Assembly (NCBI GenBank): GCA_963808235.1
Contig: CAWEEQ010000004.1
Coordinates: forward strand, 2,656,001-2,720,000
Reading direction: 5' to 3'
Origin: an uncultured delta proteobacterium
Lineage (GTDB): Bacteria > Desulfobacterota > Binatia > Binatales > Binataceae
DNA: 64,000 bases
The notes beneath the pieces are model-generated. The model worked only from the letters and a program-made list of their open reading frames with translations, made no database searches and was not told where the DNA came from. Below are positions 48,790-58,738 of this stretch, one piece after another. A program made the translations under genes and the position numbers. The stretch's first letter is position 1. Each line of letters opens with the position of its first letter.

Positions 48790-50103
48790 ATGACGCAAAT
48801 TGAAGCTGCCCGCAAGGGTATTATCACCCGCCAGATGACCGAAGTGGCGGAGGATGAAGGGCTTAACGCCGAGGATATCCGCGCACTGGTCGCGACCGGC
48901 GAGGCCGTGATCCCGCACAATATTCATCATGAGTTTCGCGCGATCGGAATCGGCAAGGGGCTGCGCACCAAGGTCAATGCGAATATCGGTGCGTCGAATT
49001 TCCATCAACTGATCGAAGAGGAAGTCGAGAAGCTTTACACCGCGGTCCGCTACGGCGCCGACTCGGTGATGGATCTTTCGACCGGCACCGATCTCGACAA
49101 GATTCGGGGTGAGATCCTGTCGCGATGCTCCGTGATTCTCGGCACCGTGCCGATTTACCAGCTTGGCTCCGAGCGCTCGATCATGGAGATGGAGATTGAG
49201 TTCTTTCTCGACGTGATCGAGCGGCAGGCGCGCCAGGGCGTCGATTACATGACACTGCATTGCGGGGTGACGCGCGAGAGCGTGAAACGCCTACGCGGGC
49301 ATGCTCGAATCGAAGGTATCGTGTCGCGCGGCGGCGCGATGCTGGCGGCGTGGATCGAGCGGACCGGCAACGAAAATCCGCTCTACGAACACTTCGACGA
49401 AGTCTGCGCCGTGCTCCGAGAGCATGACGTGACGATATCGATCGGCGACGGGCTTCGCCCCGGGGCGACCGGCGACGCAACCGATCGCGGGCAAATCGCA
49501 GAACTGCTGCTGATGGGCGAATTGGCCGACCGCGCGCGCACGATGGGCGTGCAGGTGATGATCGAGGGTCCCGGCCATGTGCCGCTCGATCAAATCGAGG
49601 CCAACGTGAAGCTCGAAAAGCGGGTATGCGGCGGCGCTCCGTTCTATGTGCTCGGACCGCTGACGTGCGACGTTGCGCCGGGTTACGATCACATCACGGG
49701 CGCGATCGGCGGCGCGGTCGCGTCGGCGGCCGGCACCGATTTTCTATGCTACGTGACCCCAGCCGAGCATCTCCGTCTCCCAGATATCGATGATGTGCGC
49801 GAGGGCGTAATCGCGACGCGAATCGCAGCGCATTCGGGCGACCTGGTGAAAGGGGTGCGCGGAGCGAAACAGTGGAACGATCAGATGTCGCGATTTCGCA
49901 AAGCGCTCAACTGGGAAGGGATGTACGCGATGGCGATGGATCCCGACAAGGCGCGCCGCTACAAGGAAGAAAGCGAAGCGGCGGGCTCGAACGTGTGCAC
50001 GATGTGCGGTTCGCTGTGCTCGATCAATATTGACAACGCGGCGCTGAAGTTCACGCACAAGCGTTCGCTCGCCGAGGCTCCCGCTCATGCCGCCGGCCGA
50101 TAA
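48790..50103 (+). CDS. thiC: Phosphomethylpyrimidine synthase (short ThiC form)
   Basis: TKVNANIG, MDLSTG, GTVPIYQ, SRGG, GDGLRPG, EGPGH, CYVTPAEHL, CTMCGSLC. Confidence 0.9.
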   Translation: MTQIEAARKGIITRQMTEVAEDEGLNAEDIRALVATGEAVIPHNIHHEFRAIGIGKGLRTKVNANIGASNFHQLIEEEVEKLYTAVRYGADSVMDLSTGTDLDKIRGEILSRCSVILGTVPIYQLGSERSIMEMEIEFFLDVIERQARQGVDYMTLHCGVTRESVKRLRGHARIEGIVSRGGAMLAAWIERTGNENPLYEHFDEVCAVLREHDVTISIGDGLRPGATGDATDRGQIAELLLMGELADRARTMGVQVMIEGPGHVPLDQIEANVKLEKRVCGGAPFYVLGPLTCDVAPGYDHITGAIGGAVASAAGTDFLCYVTPAEHLRLPDIDDVREGVIATRIAAHSGDLVKGVRGAKQWNDQMSRFRKALNWEGMYAMAMDPDKARRYKEESEAAGSNVCTMCGSLCSINIDNAALKFTHKRSLAEAPAHAAGR

Positions 50104-50572
50104 CAACAATATCCCCGACAACGCGGCGGCGCTCGAACTCGAGCTCGTCGACAATCGGGGCATGGCGCGCCGAATCTCGGATTTTTGCGGCCACAACTTG
50201 GTGGTCTATTTCTACCCGATGGACGATACGCCGGGGTGCACGGTCGAGGCCAAGGAGTTTCGCGACAACTTCGAGCAATTCGAGGATCTCGACTGCGTGG
50301 TGATTGGAGTGAGCACGGATTCCGCCGAGCGGCATCGCGCATTTGCGGAAAAGCATGCATTCCCGTTCATCCTGCTCGCCGACGAAGATGGCAAACTCGC
50401 GACCGCGTTCGGCGTGTTGAAGGGGAAATACGCGGCGCGGTCGACGTTCGTCTTCGACCACGATTTGAGGTTGCGGCGCTCTTTTCACGACGTGACGCCG
50501 CGCGGGCATGCGGCGCAAGTGCTGGAATTCGTACGGACCATCGTCGAATCGCATCGCATGATCGGCGGATAG
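50087..50572 (+). CDS. bcp: Peroxiredoxin (BCP/PrxQ)
   Basis: YFYPMDDTPGCTVEA, GVSTD, RSTFV motifs. Confidence 0.9.
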   Translation: MPPADNNNIPDNAAALELELVDNRGMARRISDFCGHNLVVYFYPMDDTPGCTVEAKEFRDNFEQFEDLDCVVIGVSTDSAERHRAFAEKHAFPFILLADEDGKLATAFGVLKGKYAARSTFVFDHDLRLRRSFHDVTPRGHAAQVLEFVRTIVESHRMIGG

Positions 50573-50697
50573 ATTAACACCCCCGGTTAGAATCGACCGG
50601 CGCACAAGGGGAATTCGCGCCGGTAGCATGACTCGCCTAAGTGGTTATAGTTGTATAGTGAAACTGACCCCGCTGGTTGGCGGGACGGATAAAATTT

Positions 50698-51936
50698 ATG
50701 GCAAAGACTTCGAAGAATATCCTCGATGAGGCGCGCACCTCGATTAAGCAGATCGATATCGACGAGGCGCGGCGCATGCTCGAGAAGCCGGGCACGGTGC
50801 TGGTCGACGTGCGCGAGGCCGACGAGTGGCGCCAGGGCCACATTCCACAGGCGGTCGCGATTCCGCGCGGTTTCCTGGAACTCAGGGTCGAAGAGAAGAT
50901 TCCCGACCATAAGACCCCGGTGATTCTGCAATGCGCGTCGGGCACGCGCTCGCTGCTCGCGGCGCGCACGCTGCGCGAACTCGGCTACGAGAACGTGTAC
51001 AACATGACCGGCGGCTTCAACGCGTGGAAAGATCGCGGCCTCAAGTGGATTGCGGATCGTGCGTTCAGCGCCGACGAGATCAACCGCTACTCGCGCCATT
51101 TCGTGATTCCCGAAGTCGGTGAAAAGGGACAGGCAAAGCTGCTCGACTCAAAGGTGCTGCTACTCGGCGCGGGCGCACTCGGCTCGCCGGTGGCTCTGTA
51201 CCTGGCGGCGGCGGGAGTCGGCACGATCGGGCTGGTCGATTTCGACGTGGTCGATCTGTCGAATTTGCAGCGGCAGATAATCCACACCACCGACCGGGTC
51301 GGCACACCGAAAACCGAGTCGGCGCAGAAGCAAATCAACGCGCTGAATCCGGGCGTCAAGGTGGTTCGTCACGACGTGCGCCTCACATCCGAGAACGTGA
51401 TGGACATAATCAAGGACTACGACGTGATCGTGAATTGCGGCGACAATTTCCCGACTCGCTACCTGATCAGCGACGCGTGCGTGTTCGCGAAGAAGCCACT
51501 GGTGGACGGCGCGATTTTTCGATTCGAGGGTAACGCGACGGTCTTCTACGCGGCCAAAGGCGGACCTTGCTACCGATGCCTGTATCCCGAGCCGGCGCCG
51601 CCGGACATGGCGCCGTCGTGCGCGGAAGCCGGCGTGCTCGGCGCAGTGCCGGGACTGATTGGATCGATCGAGGCGCTCGAGGCGATCAAGCTGATCGTCG
51701 GCGCGGGAGAGCCGCTGATCGGCAAGATGATTTACTTCGACACGCTGTCGGACAAGGACTACGTGCGGATGCTGAAGATCCGCAAGGATCCTAAGTGCCC
51801 CGTGTGCAGCGAGCATCCAACGCAGACTACGCTGATCGATTACGAGGCGTTCTGCGGAGTGGGCGCGTCGGACAACGGCAGCGAGCATTCGGAGCTGTCA
51901 ACGGTGCAACCGGCAGCGGGAGCGTCGGCGAGGTAG
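50698..51936 (+). CDS. moeB: Rhodanese-MoeB/ThiF fusion (sulfur-carrier adenylyltransferase/sulfurtransferase)
   Basis: N-terminal rhodanese (CASGTRS); RYSRH, GAGALG, SNLQRQ, CYRC, PSCAEAG, CPVC. Confidence 0.9.
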   Translation: MAKTSKNILDEARTSIKQIDIDEARRMLEKPGTVLVDVREADEWRQGHIPQAVAIPRGFLELRVEEKIPDHKTPVILQCASGTRSLLAARTLRELGYENVYNMTGGFNAWKDRGLKWIADRAFSADEINRYSRHFVIPEVGEKGQAKLLDSKVLLLGAGALGSPVALYLAAAGVGTIGLVDFDVVDLSNLQRQIIHTTDRVGTPKTESAQKQINALNPGVKVVRHDVRLTSENVMDIIKDYDVIVNCGDNFPTRYLISDACVFAKKPLVDGAIFRFEGNATVFYAAKGGPCYRCLYPEPAPPDMAPSCAEAGVLGAVPGLIGSIEALEAIKLIVGAGEPLIGKMIYFDTLSDKDYVRMLKIRKDPKCPVCSEHPTQTTLIDYEAFCGVGASDNGSEHSELSTVQPAAGASAR

Positions 51937-52066
51937 CTTGAGCGCTTAATTTGCGCGCTCTGGTTTCGGCAGCCTGAAATCTGGTTTGATGGCGGCGGAC
52001 GCAGTCGATAATGCGTCCGCCGCCGATTTTTTTGACGCACCTGTTTCCTGCGGAGAGGCTATCTCG

Positions 52067-52768
52067 ATGGCGCTGGGACCGTTTCATGTCGCGGAAAAAC
52101 TTAAGGCGAAGACGGGCTTGAGAGGAACCGCGCTCTTTATGCGCCATGGCGAGACCGCGTGGAATCGCGAAGGCCGGGTGATGGGCCGCAATCCAATCGA
52201 ACTCGACGAGCATGGACGCGCGCAGGTCGAAGCCGCGATACCGTTCGCGCGCCTGATCGGGCCCCAGTTGATCGTCACGAGTCCGCTGATTCGCGCGCGG
52301 CAGTCAGCCGAAATAATCGCGAGCGGTCTGGGCGGCGTTGCGGTGATCGAAGAAGCGCAACTCTCCGAAGTTCAATATGGGCGATGGGAGGGGATGGTGT
52401 ACGACGACCTGATCGACGATCCCGATTACGCGCGCTACAAGGAAGACCCGCTCGCCACGGCGACGCCCGGCGGCGAGACCATCGTCCAGGTGCAAGCGCG
52501 AGGGATCGAGGCGATCGGGCGCGCGATCGCGGCGAACCCGGGCCTGCGAATTCTTTTCGTCTCGCACGGCGACATCATCCGCACCGTGCTGTGCAAACTG
52601 ATGGGCCTGGAGCTGGAGCATTTCCGGCGCATCCGAGTGGATAACGCGACTTTCTCAGCGGTCCAGTTGATGGGCGATTTTGCCGAAGTAAAATTCCTGA
52701 ACTTGCTGCCTGACCCGGGGCGCGCATTCGTAGTACCGTTCAGATCGACCAAGCCCCAATCAGACTGA
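52067..52768 (+). CDS. Histidine phosphatase family protein
   Basis: RHGET.WN, SPL.RA, E..YG.WEG, SHG motifs; GGAGAGG RBS. Confidence 0.88.
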   Translation: MALGPFHVAEKLKAKTGLRGTALFMRHGETAWNREGRVMGRNPIELDEHGRAQVEAAIPFARLIGPQLIVTSPLIRARQSAEIIASGLGGVAVIEEAQLSEVQYGRWEGMVYDDLIDDPDYARYKEDPLATATPGGETIVQVQARGIEAIGRAIAANPGLRILFVSHGDIIRTVLCKLMGLELEHFRRIRVDNATFSAVQLMGDFAEVKFLNLLPDPGRAFVVPFRSTKPQSD

Positions 52769-52793
52769 CCCGCGCGCGCGAGTGCGGAGATGG

Positions 52794-53978
52794 CTACGGC
52801 GCGGAAGGATCGTAAGAGGCGGTTGCGGAGCGGGAGCCGACTTCGATGCCCTTGCGGACGCGGATATCTGAGCCGGGTTTGCCGGGGACTTCGACGTTCA
52901 GCTTGCGATACCCGCCAGCGGCAGGATCCGGCGCGAGAAATCCGACCGTATATTGCTCGCGCAGCTCGAGGCTGATGTTCTCGCAATCGCGGCGCAGCGC
53001 CTCACCGTCGCCGGCTTCGCGAACGATGTAGGTCTTGGCGCCGGTTTCGGTCGACAGCGCGTGCAGGGTTTCTGAATCAACCCGCTCGGCGTCGTCGCCG
53101 CCCAAAACGAACGGGCCGATCGCGACCGATAGTCCGCTGCTCGACGCGTTAGGATCGCCAATTCCGATCGAGTACACCAGCACGCCCATCCGGCGCGCCT
53201 GCGCGACCACGTCGTTCACGGTCGAGGCGCTGGTGTTGTCCATGCCGTCGGTCACCACGAGCAGCGCTTTCTTGTCGTAGCGGCCGCGCTGCACCATGTT
53301 GAGGCCCTGCATGATCACGTCGAAGAGAGCGGTCTGCCCGTAGGCGTGCAGCAGCGACAGACGGCGCATCACGAGGTCATGATTCATCGTGAACGGCTGG
53401 AGCAAAAATGGACGGCTCGAAAATGCGAACAGGAATACGTCGTCACGCTCGTTCAGATCGCGCAGGAACTCGGCGATCGCGGCGCGCGCCTGTGGAATTT
53501 TTGGCACCATGCTTCCCGACGTATCGACCAGGATTCCGACCGAAACCGGAGTGTTCAGATCCTGGCGGAAAAATTCGATCGGGCGTTGCTGCCCGTCCAT
53601 GAAAAGTTTGAAATCGCTCTTTTGCAGACCGGTGACGTAGGTCCCGCGCGGATCGGTCACGGTCACGGTGACCTGTTCGTAGCCCGGCTGCTCGCGGAGT
53701 TCACGCGTGGGCAGGGTGAGTTCCTGGCCGGTCTGTGGAGCCTGCGGCGGTATCTTCAGCGAATCGCCACCCTGCGCCGCGGGCATCGAGGGCAACTCGA
53801 GCGTCGAGGTGGTTTTGCCCTGGTTCTGCGGTACCACCATCGGAACCGGCAGCGACTTGGTCGACGAGCCTTGCTGCGCAGCAGCCGGCATCACGCCGAC
53901 GACTAGAATCGCGACAATAAACGCAAACGCGGTGATTGCGGATATCTGGTGTTGTTTAGCGCCCGGGGTTGTGGCCAT
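52794..53978 (-). CDS. Exported VWA domain protein (Acidobacterial VWFA-related type)
   Basis: Signal peptide, DTSGSM MIDAS, TALFD, TDG.DN, TG..., QYTVGF. Confidence 0.88.
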   Translation of the reverse strand: MATTPGAKQHQISAITAFAFIVAILVVGVMPAAAQQGSSTKSLPVPMVVPQNQGKTTSTLELPSMPAAQGGDSLKIPPQAPQTGQELTLPTRELREQPGYEQVTVTVTDPRGTYVTGLQKSDFKLFMDGQQRPIEFFRQDLNTPVSVGILVDTSGSMVPKIPQARAAIAEFLRDLNERDDVFLFAFSSRPFLLQPFTMNHDLVMRRLSLLHAYGQTALFDVIMQGLNMVQRGRYDKKALLVVTDGMDNTSASTVNDVVAQARRMGVLVYSIGIGDPNASSSGLSVAIGPFVLGGDDAERVDSETLHALSTETGAKTYIVREAGDGEALRRDCENISLELREQYTVGFLAPDPAAGGYRKLNVEVPGKPGSDIRVRKGIEVGSRSATASYDPSAP

Positions 53979-54259
53979 TGCGATCCGAATCCTGCGCCGA
54001 CTCGATGCGCGCGCAACTCTCATGATCCTATTTGCTCGTACTTTGGGCAAGTCGGTCATTTTAGTCGAGTTGATCGCGCGTTAGTCTATATGAGCCACAG
54101 GTTTTGGCGATCTCCTCTACACAGTCTGACGAATTCGCGGCGCCGATGTTTCAGGCGAGCGGAAATCTAAACGTGCGTTAATGAGTGCCTGGCTCAAACG
54201 CTCGGTTTGAGTCAGCAATTCGCGAAGCTTAGGATTGGCTCGCGTGAGCCCGTGAGCGA

Positions 54260-54628
54260 ATGAGCGCGCCACCAAAAGATACCATCGCACCGTCCGCGGA
54301 AATCGCATCGCCTAATGTACTGGTGATGGACAGCGCCGGGATGGTCGTCGAGTGGACGCGCGATGCGGAAGCGATTTTCGGATGGCCGCGCGCGGAGGCT
54401 ATCGGCCAGCGGCTGTCGGCATTGATCATACCGGAGCGTCTTCGCGCCGCGCATGAAGCCGGGCTCAAGTATTTTCTGGGCGGCGGTCCGGGCAAGCTGA
54501 TCGACCGGACGCTCCAGATTGTCGCGATCGATCGTGGCGGCATCGAATTCAACGTCGAACTCCGCATCACGGCGGAGAAGTCCGCCCACGGCTACCGGTT
54601 TGCGAGCTCGGCGCGCCGCGTGGAGTGA
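54260..54628 (+). CDS. Stand-alone PAS domain protein
   Basis: D..G.V.EW...AE.IFGW...EAIG..L..LIIP..LR..H..G; no output domain. Confidence 0.82.
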   Translation: MSAPPKDTIAPSAEIASPNVLVMDSAGMVVEWTRDAEAIFGWPRAEAIGQRLSALIIPERLRAAHEAGLKYFLGGGPGKLIDRTLQIVAIDRGGIEFNVELRITAEKSAHGYRFASSARRVE

Positions 54629-54741
54629 TCCAGCTTAAACGTTCGTTCAAGGCCGCCGTCTTTTCTTGTTTCCCATTCTGATTTCGTCGTAACCTGATGA
54701 ATCCGCCCTGGCCGCGCAGATCCGCAGCCGCTTAAGGAGAA

Positions 54742-55965
54742 ATGATGAAGTTCGGAATTTTCATGGCCCCCTTCCATCGCGTCGGCGAGAATCCGACGCT
54801 CTGTTTCGAGCGCGACATGCAACTGATCGAATGGCTCGACGAACTCGGCTACGAAGAAGCTTTCATCGGAGAGCATCATTCTTCGGGATGGGAAATAATC
54901 TCGTCGCCGGAAATTTTTATGGCTGTCGCGGCGACGCGGACCAAAAGGATCAAGCTCGGCTCGGGCGTCGTCAGCATCCCGTACCATCATCCGTTCAATG
55001 TCGCGAACCGCTTCGCATTGCTCGACCATCTGACTCATGGCCGGGTGATGCTCGGATGCGGTCCGGGAGCGCTGGCCGCGGACGCGTACATGCTCGGGAT
55101 TGACTCGACCACGCAGCGCAAACGCATGGTCGAGGGCGTCAAAGCGATCATCCGGCTTTTCACCGAAGAGGGAAAAATTTCGATCGACGGCTCATACTTC
55201 AAGCTGGTCGACGCGCACTTGCAGGTGAAGCCATTTCAGCAGCCGTATATGCCGATATTCGTCGCGAGCACGATCTCGCCGTCGGGGATGGTCGCGGCGG
55301 GACAGCTCGGATGCGGGGTGCTGTCGGTCGCATCGTACGCGCCCGGCGGTCTCGACGAGCTGATGAAGCGATGGACGATGGCCGAGGAGACGGCGGCCGA
55401 GAATAACAAAACTGTCGATCGCAAGAACTGGCGGCTGGTATTTCCGATTCACCTCGCGGAGACGAAAGAAGAAGCGATGAAAGATATCCGCGACGGCGCC
55501 AACTCGTGGATCCAGGATTACTTTATCGACACGCTCGGCGCGCGGCTGCAGTTCGAGGAATATCCGAATCAGCCGGTCGAGGAGATGAATATCGATCGGA
55601 TGAACGGGCGCGGCGGCATAATCGTCGGCACGCCCGACGATGCGATCGCGCGGATCAAGGAACTTCAGCAGGCGACCGGCGGCTTCGGCGGCGTGCTCGG
55701 ACTCGCGCACGAATGGACGACGCGCGAGAAGACACTGCGCTCATACGAACTGTTTGCGCGCTACGTCGCGCCGCAATTCCAGGGTCCGGTCGCGCCGCAG
55801 GTCAAGTTCTCCAACGAATGGGCTCGCGAAAATCGCGACCTGATGTTCACCAAGGCGGTGGCGGGAATCCTGACCGCGGTGCAGGACTACGCGCAGCACA
55901 AAGAAGAAAAAGGCGAGCCGGTCCCCGAGATGCTGACCCAGCCGATAAACCGGGTGCGTCCGTAA
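54742..55965 (+). CDS. LLM class flavin-dependent monooxygenase (limonene monooxygenase-like)
   Basis: FGIFMAPFH, IGEHHS.GWE, LDHLT.GR, GTPDD, SYELFARYVAP. Confidence 0.9.
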   Translation: MMKFGIFMAPFHRVGENPTLCFERDMQLIEWLDELGYEEAFIGEHHSSGWEIISSPEIFMAVAATRTKRIKLGSGVVSIPYHHPFNVANRFALLDHLTHGRVMLGCGPGALAADAYMLGIDSTTQRKRMVEGVKAIIRLFTEEGKISIDGSYFKLVDAHLQVKPFQQPYMPIFVASTISPSGMVAAGQLGCGVLSVASYAPGGLDELMKRWTMAEETAAENNKTVDRKNWRLVFPIHLAETKEEAMKDIRDGANSWIQDYFIDTLGARLQFEEYPNQPVEEMNIDRMNGRGGIIVGTPDDAIARIKELQQATGGFGGVLGLAHEWTTREKTLRSYELFARYVAPQFQGPVAPQVKFSNEWARENRDLMFTKAVAGILTAVQDYAQHKEEKGEPVPEMLTQPINRVRP

Positions 55966-55975
55966 CTCAACTACG

Positions 55976-56818
55976 ATGTCGAGCATCGAGGAGGTTCCGT
56001 TTGCGGTTCGCCGGCAGAAGCTTCTCGATCGTGCGGTGACTATTTTCTCGACCGATGCGCGCTTCCCGGCGGGATGGCTCGAAGGAAGTCTCGCCGATGG
56101 ATCCGCGGATCCCTACTCAGACATCGACTTGCATCTATGCGTTAGCCAACAGGCTTGGGACGAGGTTTGGAATAACCGGCGCGTCGTGATCGAGAAAGTC
56201 GCGCCGATCCTCGCGTCGCTCGATATCATGGGCGTGTTCGGGGTCGGATGCTTGATTGCGGGGCCGGTGAAGCTCGACGTCTTCTTCGAGCGGGAAAGCG
56301 GCCTGTCGTCAATGCCGCGGGTCGCCGTGAAGCGGCTTTGGGGCACCGCGGAACTCTACGAGAGGCTCAAGATCGGCGACGATCTGGGAGACGCCGCAAT
56401 CAAGCGCGCACTCGAAACGAATGTGCTCGGATTTTTGCAGGGCGCGACCTGGCCCGTACGACTGCTGGCGCGCCGGCAAGTAAATACATTTCTATTTTGC
56501 GAGATCCTGCTGGTCGAGACCGGGATCGTTCCGCTGATGTTGCTGGAAACCGATCGCCGCGCGTTCCATCGCAACATGTTCACGCGCGCAAAGCTGCTCG
56601 CGCCCGATCGGCGCGAAGAATGTGCGCGGCTGATCGACCGCATCGAAGCGTCGGTTCGCAAAGGCGATCGTGGCGCGATGCGCGACGTACATATCGAAAT
56701 CCACAGAAAAATCTGCGGACTCGCGCGTGCTGCGTTCGAGCGATACGCCCTCGAGTTCCCGCCGCAAGTTGAAGACGAAATGGTAGATTTCTACAAACGC
56801 GAGTGGCCGCTTTCGTGA
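55976..56818 (+). CDS. Pol-beta superfamily nucleotidyltransferase (Lnu/ANT-like architecture)
   Basis: LEGSLADGSADPYSDIDL (GS...DxD), third Asp in KLDV, helical C-terminal domain. Confidence 0.75.
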   Translation: MSSIEEVPFAVRRQKLLDRAVTIFSTDARFPAGWLEGSLADGSADPYSDIDLHLCVSQQAWDEVWNNRRVVIEKVAPILASLDIMGVFGVGCLIAGPVKLDVFFERESGLSSMPRVAVKRLWGTAELYERLKIGDDLGDAAIKRALETNVLGFLQGATWPVRLLARRQVNTFLFCEILLVETGIVPLMLLETDRRAFHRNMFTRAKLLAPDRREECARLIDRIEASVRKGDRGAMRDVHIEIHRKICGLARAAFERYALEFPPQVEDEMVDFYKREWPLS

Positions 56819-56846
56819 CCGGCTCCTGAATGCAAGGAGGCGAGCG

Positions 56847-57236
56847 ATGGCCGACAACGATCGTCTGAAGTATCTGCGGATCGCGCTGGTACTGGTTGGC
56901 GTGATTTTCATCGCCGGAATTTACCCCCTGATGATCATTTGGCCATCTGGCTGGACGTGGCATACCGGTCACTCGGACTACCCAATGATGATTGTCGGGA
57001 TCTATGCGACCCTCGGCGTGTTCCTGATTATCGCGGCGCGCAACCCGCTCGAACATCGAAGCCTCATCTGGTTCACCATCTGGTCGAGCGTCGTCCATGC
57101 CGCGATCATGACGGTTCAATCTTTCGAGGCACCCGAACATCATGGTCACCTGCTGGGCGACGTGCCGGCGCTACTATTCGTAGCTGTATTGCTGGCTCTT
57201 CTAACTCCGCGCGGAGAGCGAGCGCCGGTTGGATAG
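56847..57236 (+). CDS. DUF6632-like membrane protein
   Basis: WPSGW.W, M..GIYATLG.FL..AARNP..H.SLIWFT.WSS..H, HL.GDV. Confidence 0.75.
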   Translation: MADNDRLKYLRIALVLVGVIFIAGIYPLMIIWPSGWTWHTGHSDYPMMIVGIYATLGVFLIIAARNPLEHRSLIWFTIWSSVVHAAIMTVQSFEAPEHHGHLLGDVPALLFVAVLLALLTPRGERAPVG

Positions 57237-57289
57237 TCTCAGTCTTCGGTGCTACTCAAGCCTGTAGCCAGCATTGAGGGAGCACATCG

Positions 57290-58456
57290 ATGGACGCTCA
57301 CGCCGAGATATCGCGCGCGATTGATAACTACCGCGACAAAGTGGTCGCGCTCAGTCATGAGATACATGAGCATCCTGAGCTCAAGTTCGAGGAGCATTTC
57401 GCTGCCGATCTGCTGACGCGCGCCGCGAAAGAACTCGGCCTCGAAGTCGAACGCGGGGTTGGCGGGCTGAAGACGGCGTTTCGTGCAGAGTTCGGCGGTG
57501 AGGGACCGACGGTCGCAATCCTTGCTGAATATGACGCGCTGCCCAACGGCCACTCATGCGGACACAATTTGATCGCGGGCGCCGCGCTCAGCGCCGTCGC
57601 GGGTTTGAAGAGCCTCGCGGGTAAGCTGCCGGGGCGAATTATTTTTCTCGGCACTCCGGCCGAGGAAGGCGGCGGCGGAAAGATCATTCTGATCGAAAAA
57701 GGCGTGCTGCATGGCGTCGACGCTGCCATGATGGCGCATCCGACCGACATGGAATGGTGCACGATGCCCGCGCTGGCGACGCAGCACATCAGGCTCAAGT
57801 TTCGCGGCCGCGCAGCACACGCCGCGCTCGCACCGTGGGACGGATCGAGCGCGCTGGCTGCGGTGATCCAGACATTCCAGAGTGTCGATGCGATGCGGCT
57901 GCATCTGCGCGACGGCTCGCGCATCCACGGGATCATCACCGACGGCGGCCAGGCGGTGAATATCATCCCCGAGAAAGCCGAATGCCTGTTCCTGGCTCGC
58001 GGGAAGACCAGCCGCTACACGGAGCAGATTGGCGCAAGGGTGATCCGATGCGCCGAGGCGGCCGCCATGGCGACTGGCACTAGCGTCGAACCGATTATCG
58101 AGGGCGGCTACAAGAACCTGATCAACAACTTGAGCATGGCGCATCGTTACGCCGCCCATAGCGAGGCGCTCGGCACCAAGACTCCCGTGGCGCCAGATAA
58201 TATCCCGACCGGCAGCACCGACATGGGCGACGTGAGCCACGTGATGCCGGCGATTCATCCGTCGTTCGCGATCTCGCGCCACGGCGAGGGGACTTGCCAT
58301 GAAGATGCGTTCGTCGCGCACGCCGACTCGCAGCGCGGATACGACGCGATGATCAGGGTGGCGAAAGCGATGGCGATGACGGCATACGACCTGCTCGCGG
58401 AACCCGAATTGATGGCCGCGACGAAGAAGGAATTTGCCGCCCGCAAAGAGAGTTGA
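57290..58456 (+). CDS. M20D family amidohydrolase (AbgB/PM20D2-like)
   Basis: HPEL..EE, EYDALP..HSCGHN, GTPAEEGGGGK, GSTDMGDVS. Confidence 0.9.
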   Translation: MDAHAEISRAIDNYRDKVVALSHEIHEHPELKFEEHFAADLLTRAAKELGLEVERGVGGLKTAFRAEFGGEGPTVAILAEYDALPNGHSCGHNLIAGAALSAVAGLKSLAGKLPGRIIFLGTPAEEGGGGKIILIEKGVLHGVDAAMMAHPTDMEWCTMPALATQHIRLKFRGRAAHAALAPWDGSSALAAVIQTFQSVDAMRLHLRDGSRIHGIITDGGQAVNIIPEKAECLFLARGKTSRYTEQIGARVIRCAEAAAMATGTSVEPIIEGGYKNLINNLSMAHRYAAHSEALGTKTPVAPDNIPTGSTDMGDVSHVMPAIHPSFAISRHGEGTCHEDAFVAHADSQRGYDAMIRVAKAMAMTAYDLLAEPELMAATKKEFAARKES

Positions 58457-58477
58457 GATGGGGTGGAGTCGAGAGCG

Positions 58478-58735
58478 TTAGTGGCAACCGCATCCGCCGC
58501 CGCAGCATCCACCGCCTGGGATGCCGCCGCCGCCGGCGCGAGTACCGGAACCTGCTATCGCTTGCGCTGCGGCTGCGACGCCATCGGCGTTGCCGGCGCG
58601 CGCCGCAAAGGTCGACATCTCGCGCGTGAGCGATCCGCCGTTGCAATGCGGGCATCGCGCGGAGTCGTCAGCCGCGCGCACCAACGCCTCGAACGAGCGG
58701 TCGCAGTTGCTGCATCGGTATTCGTAGATCGGCAT
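58478..58735 (-). CDS. FmdB family zinc-ribbon protein
   Basis: MPIYEYRC..C...FE, CP.C, C-terminal GGCCGGGCGCH. Confidence 0.9.
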   Translation of the reverse strand: MPIYEYRCSNCDRSFEALVRAADDSARCPHCNGGSLTREMSTFAARAGNADGVAAAAQAIAGSGTRAGGGGIPGGGCCGGGCGCH

Positions 58736-58738
58736 CGT

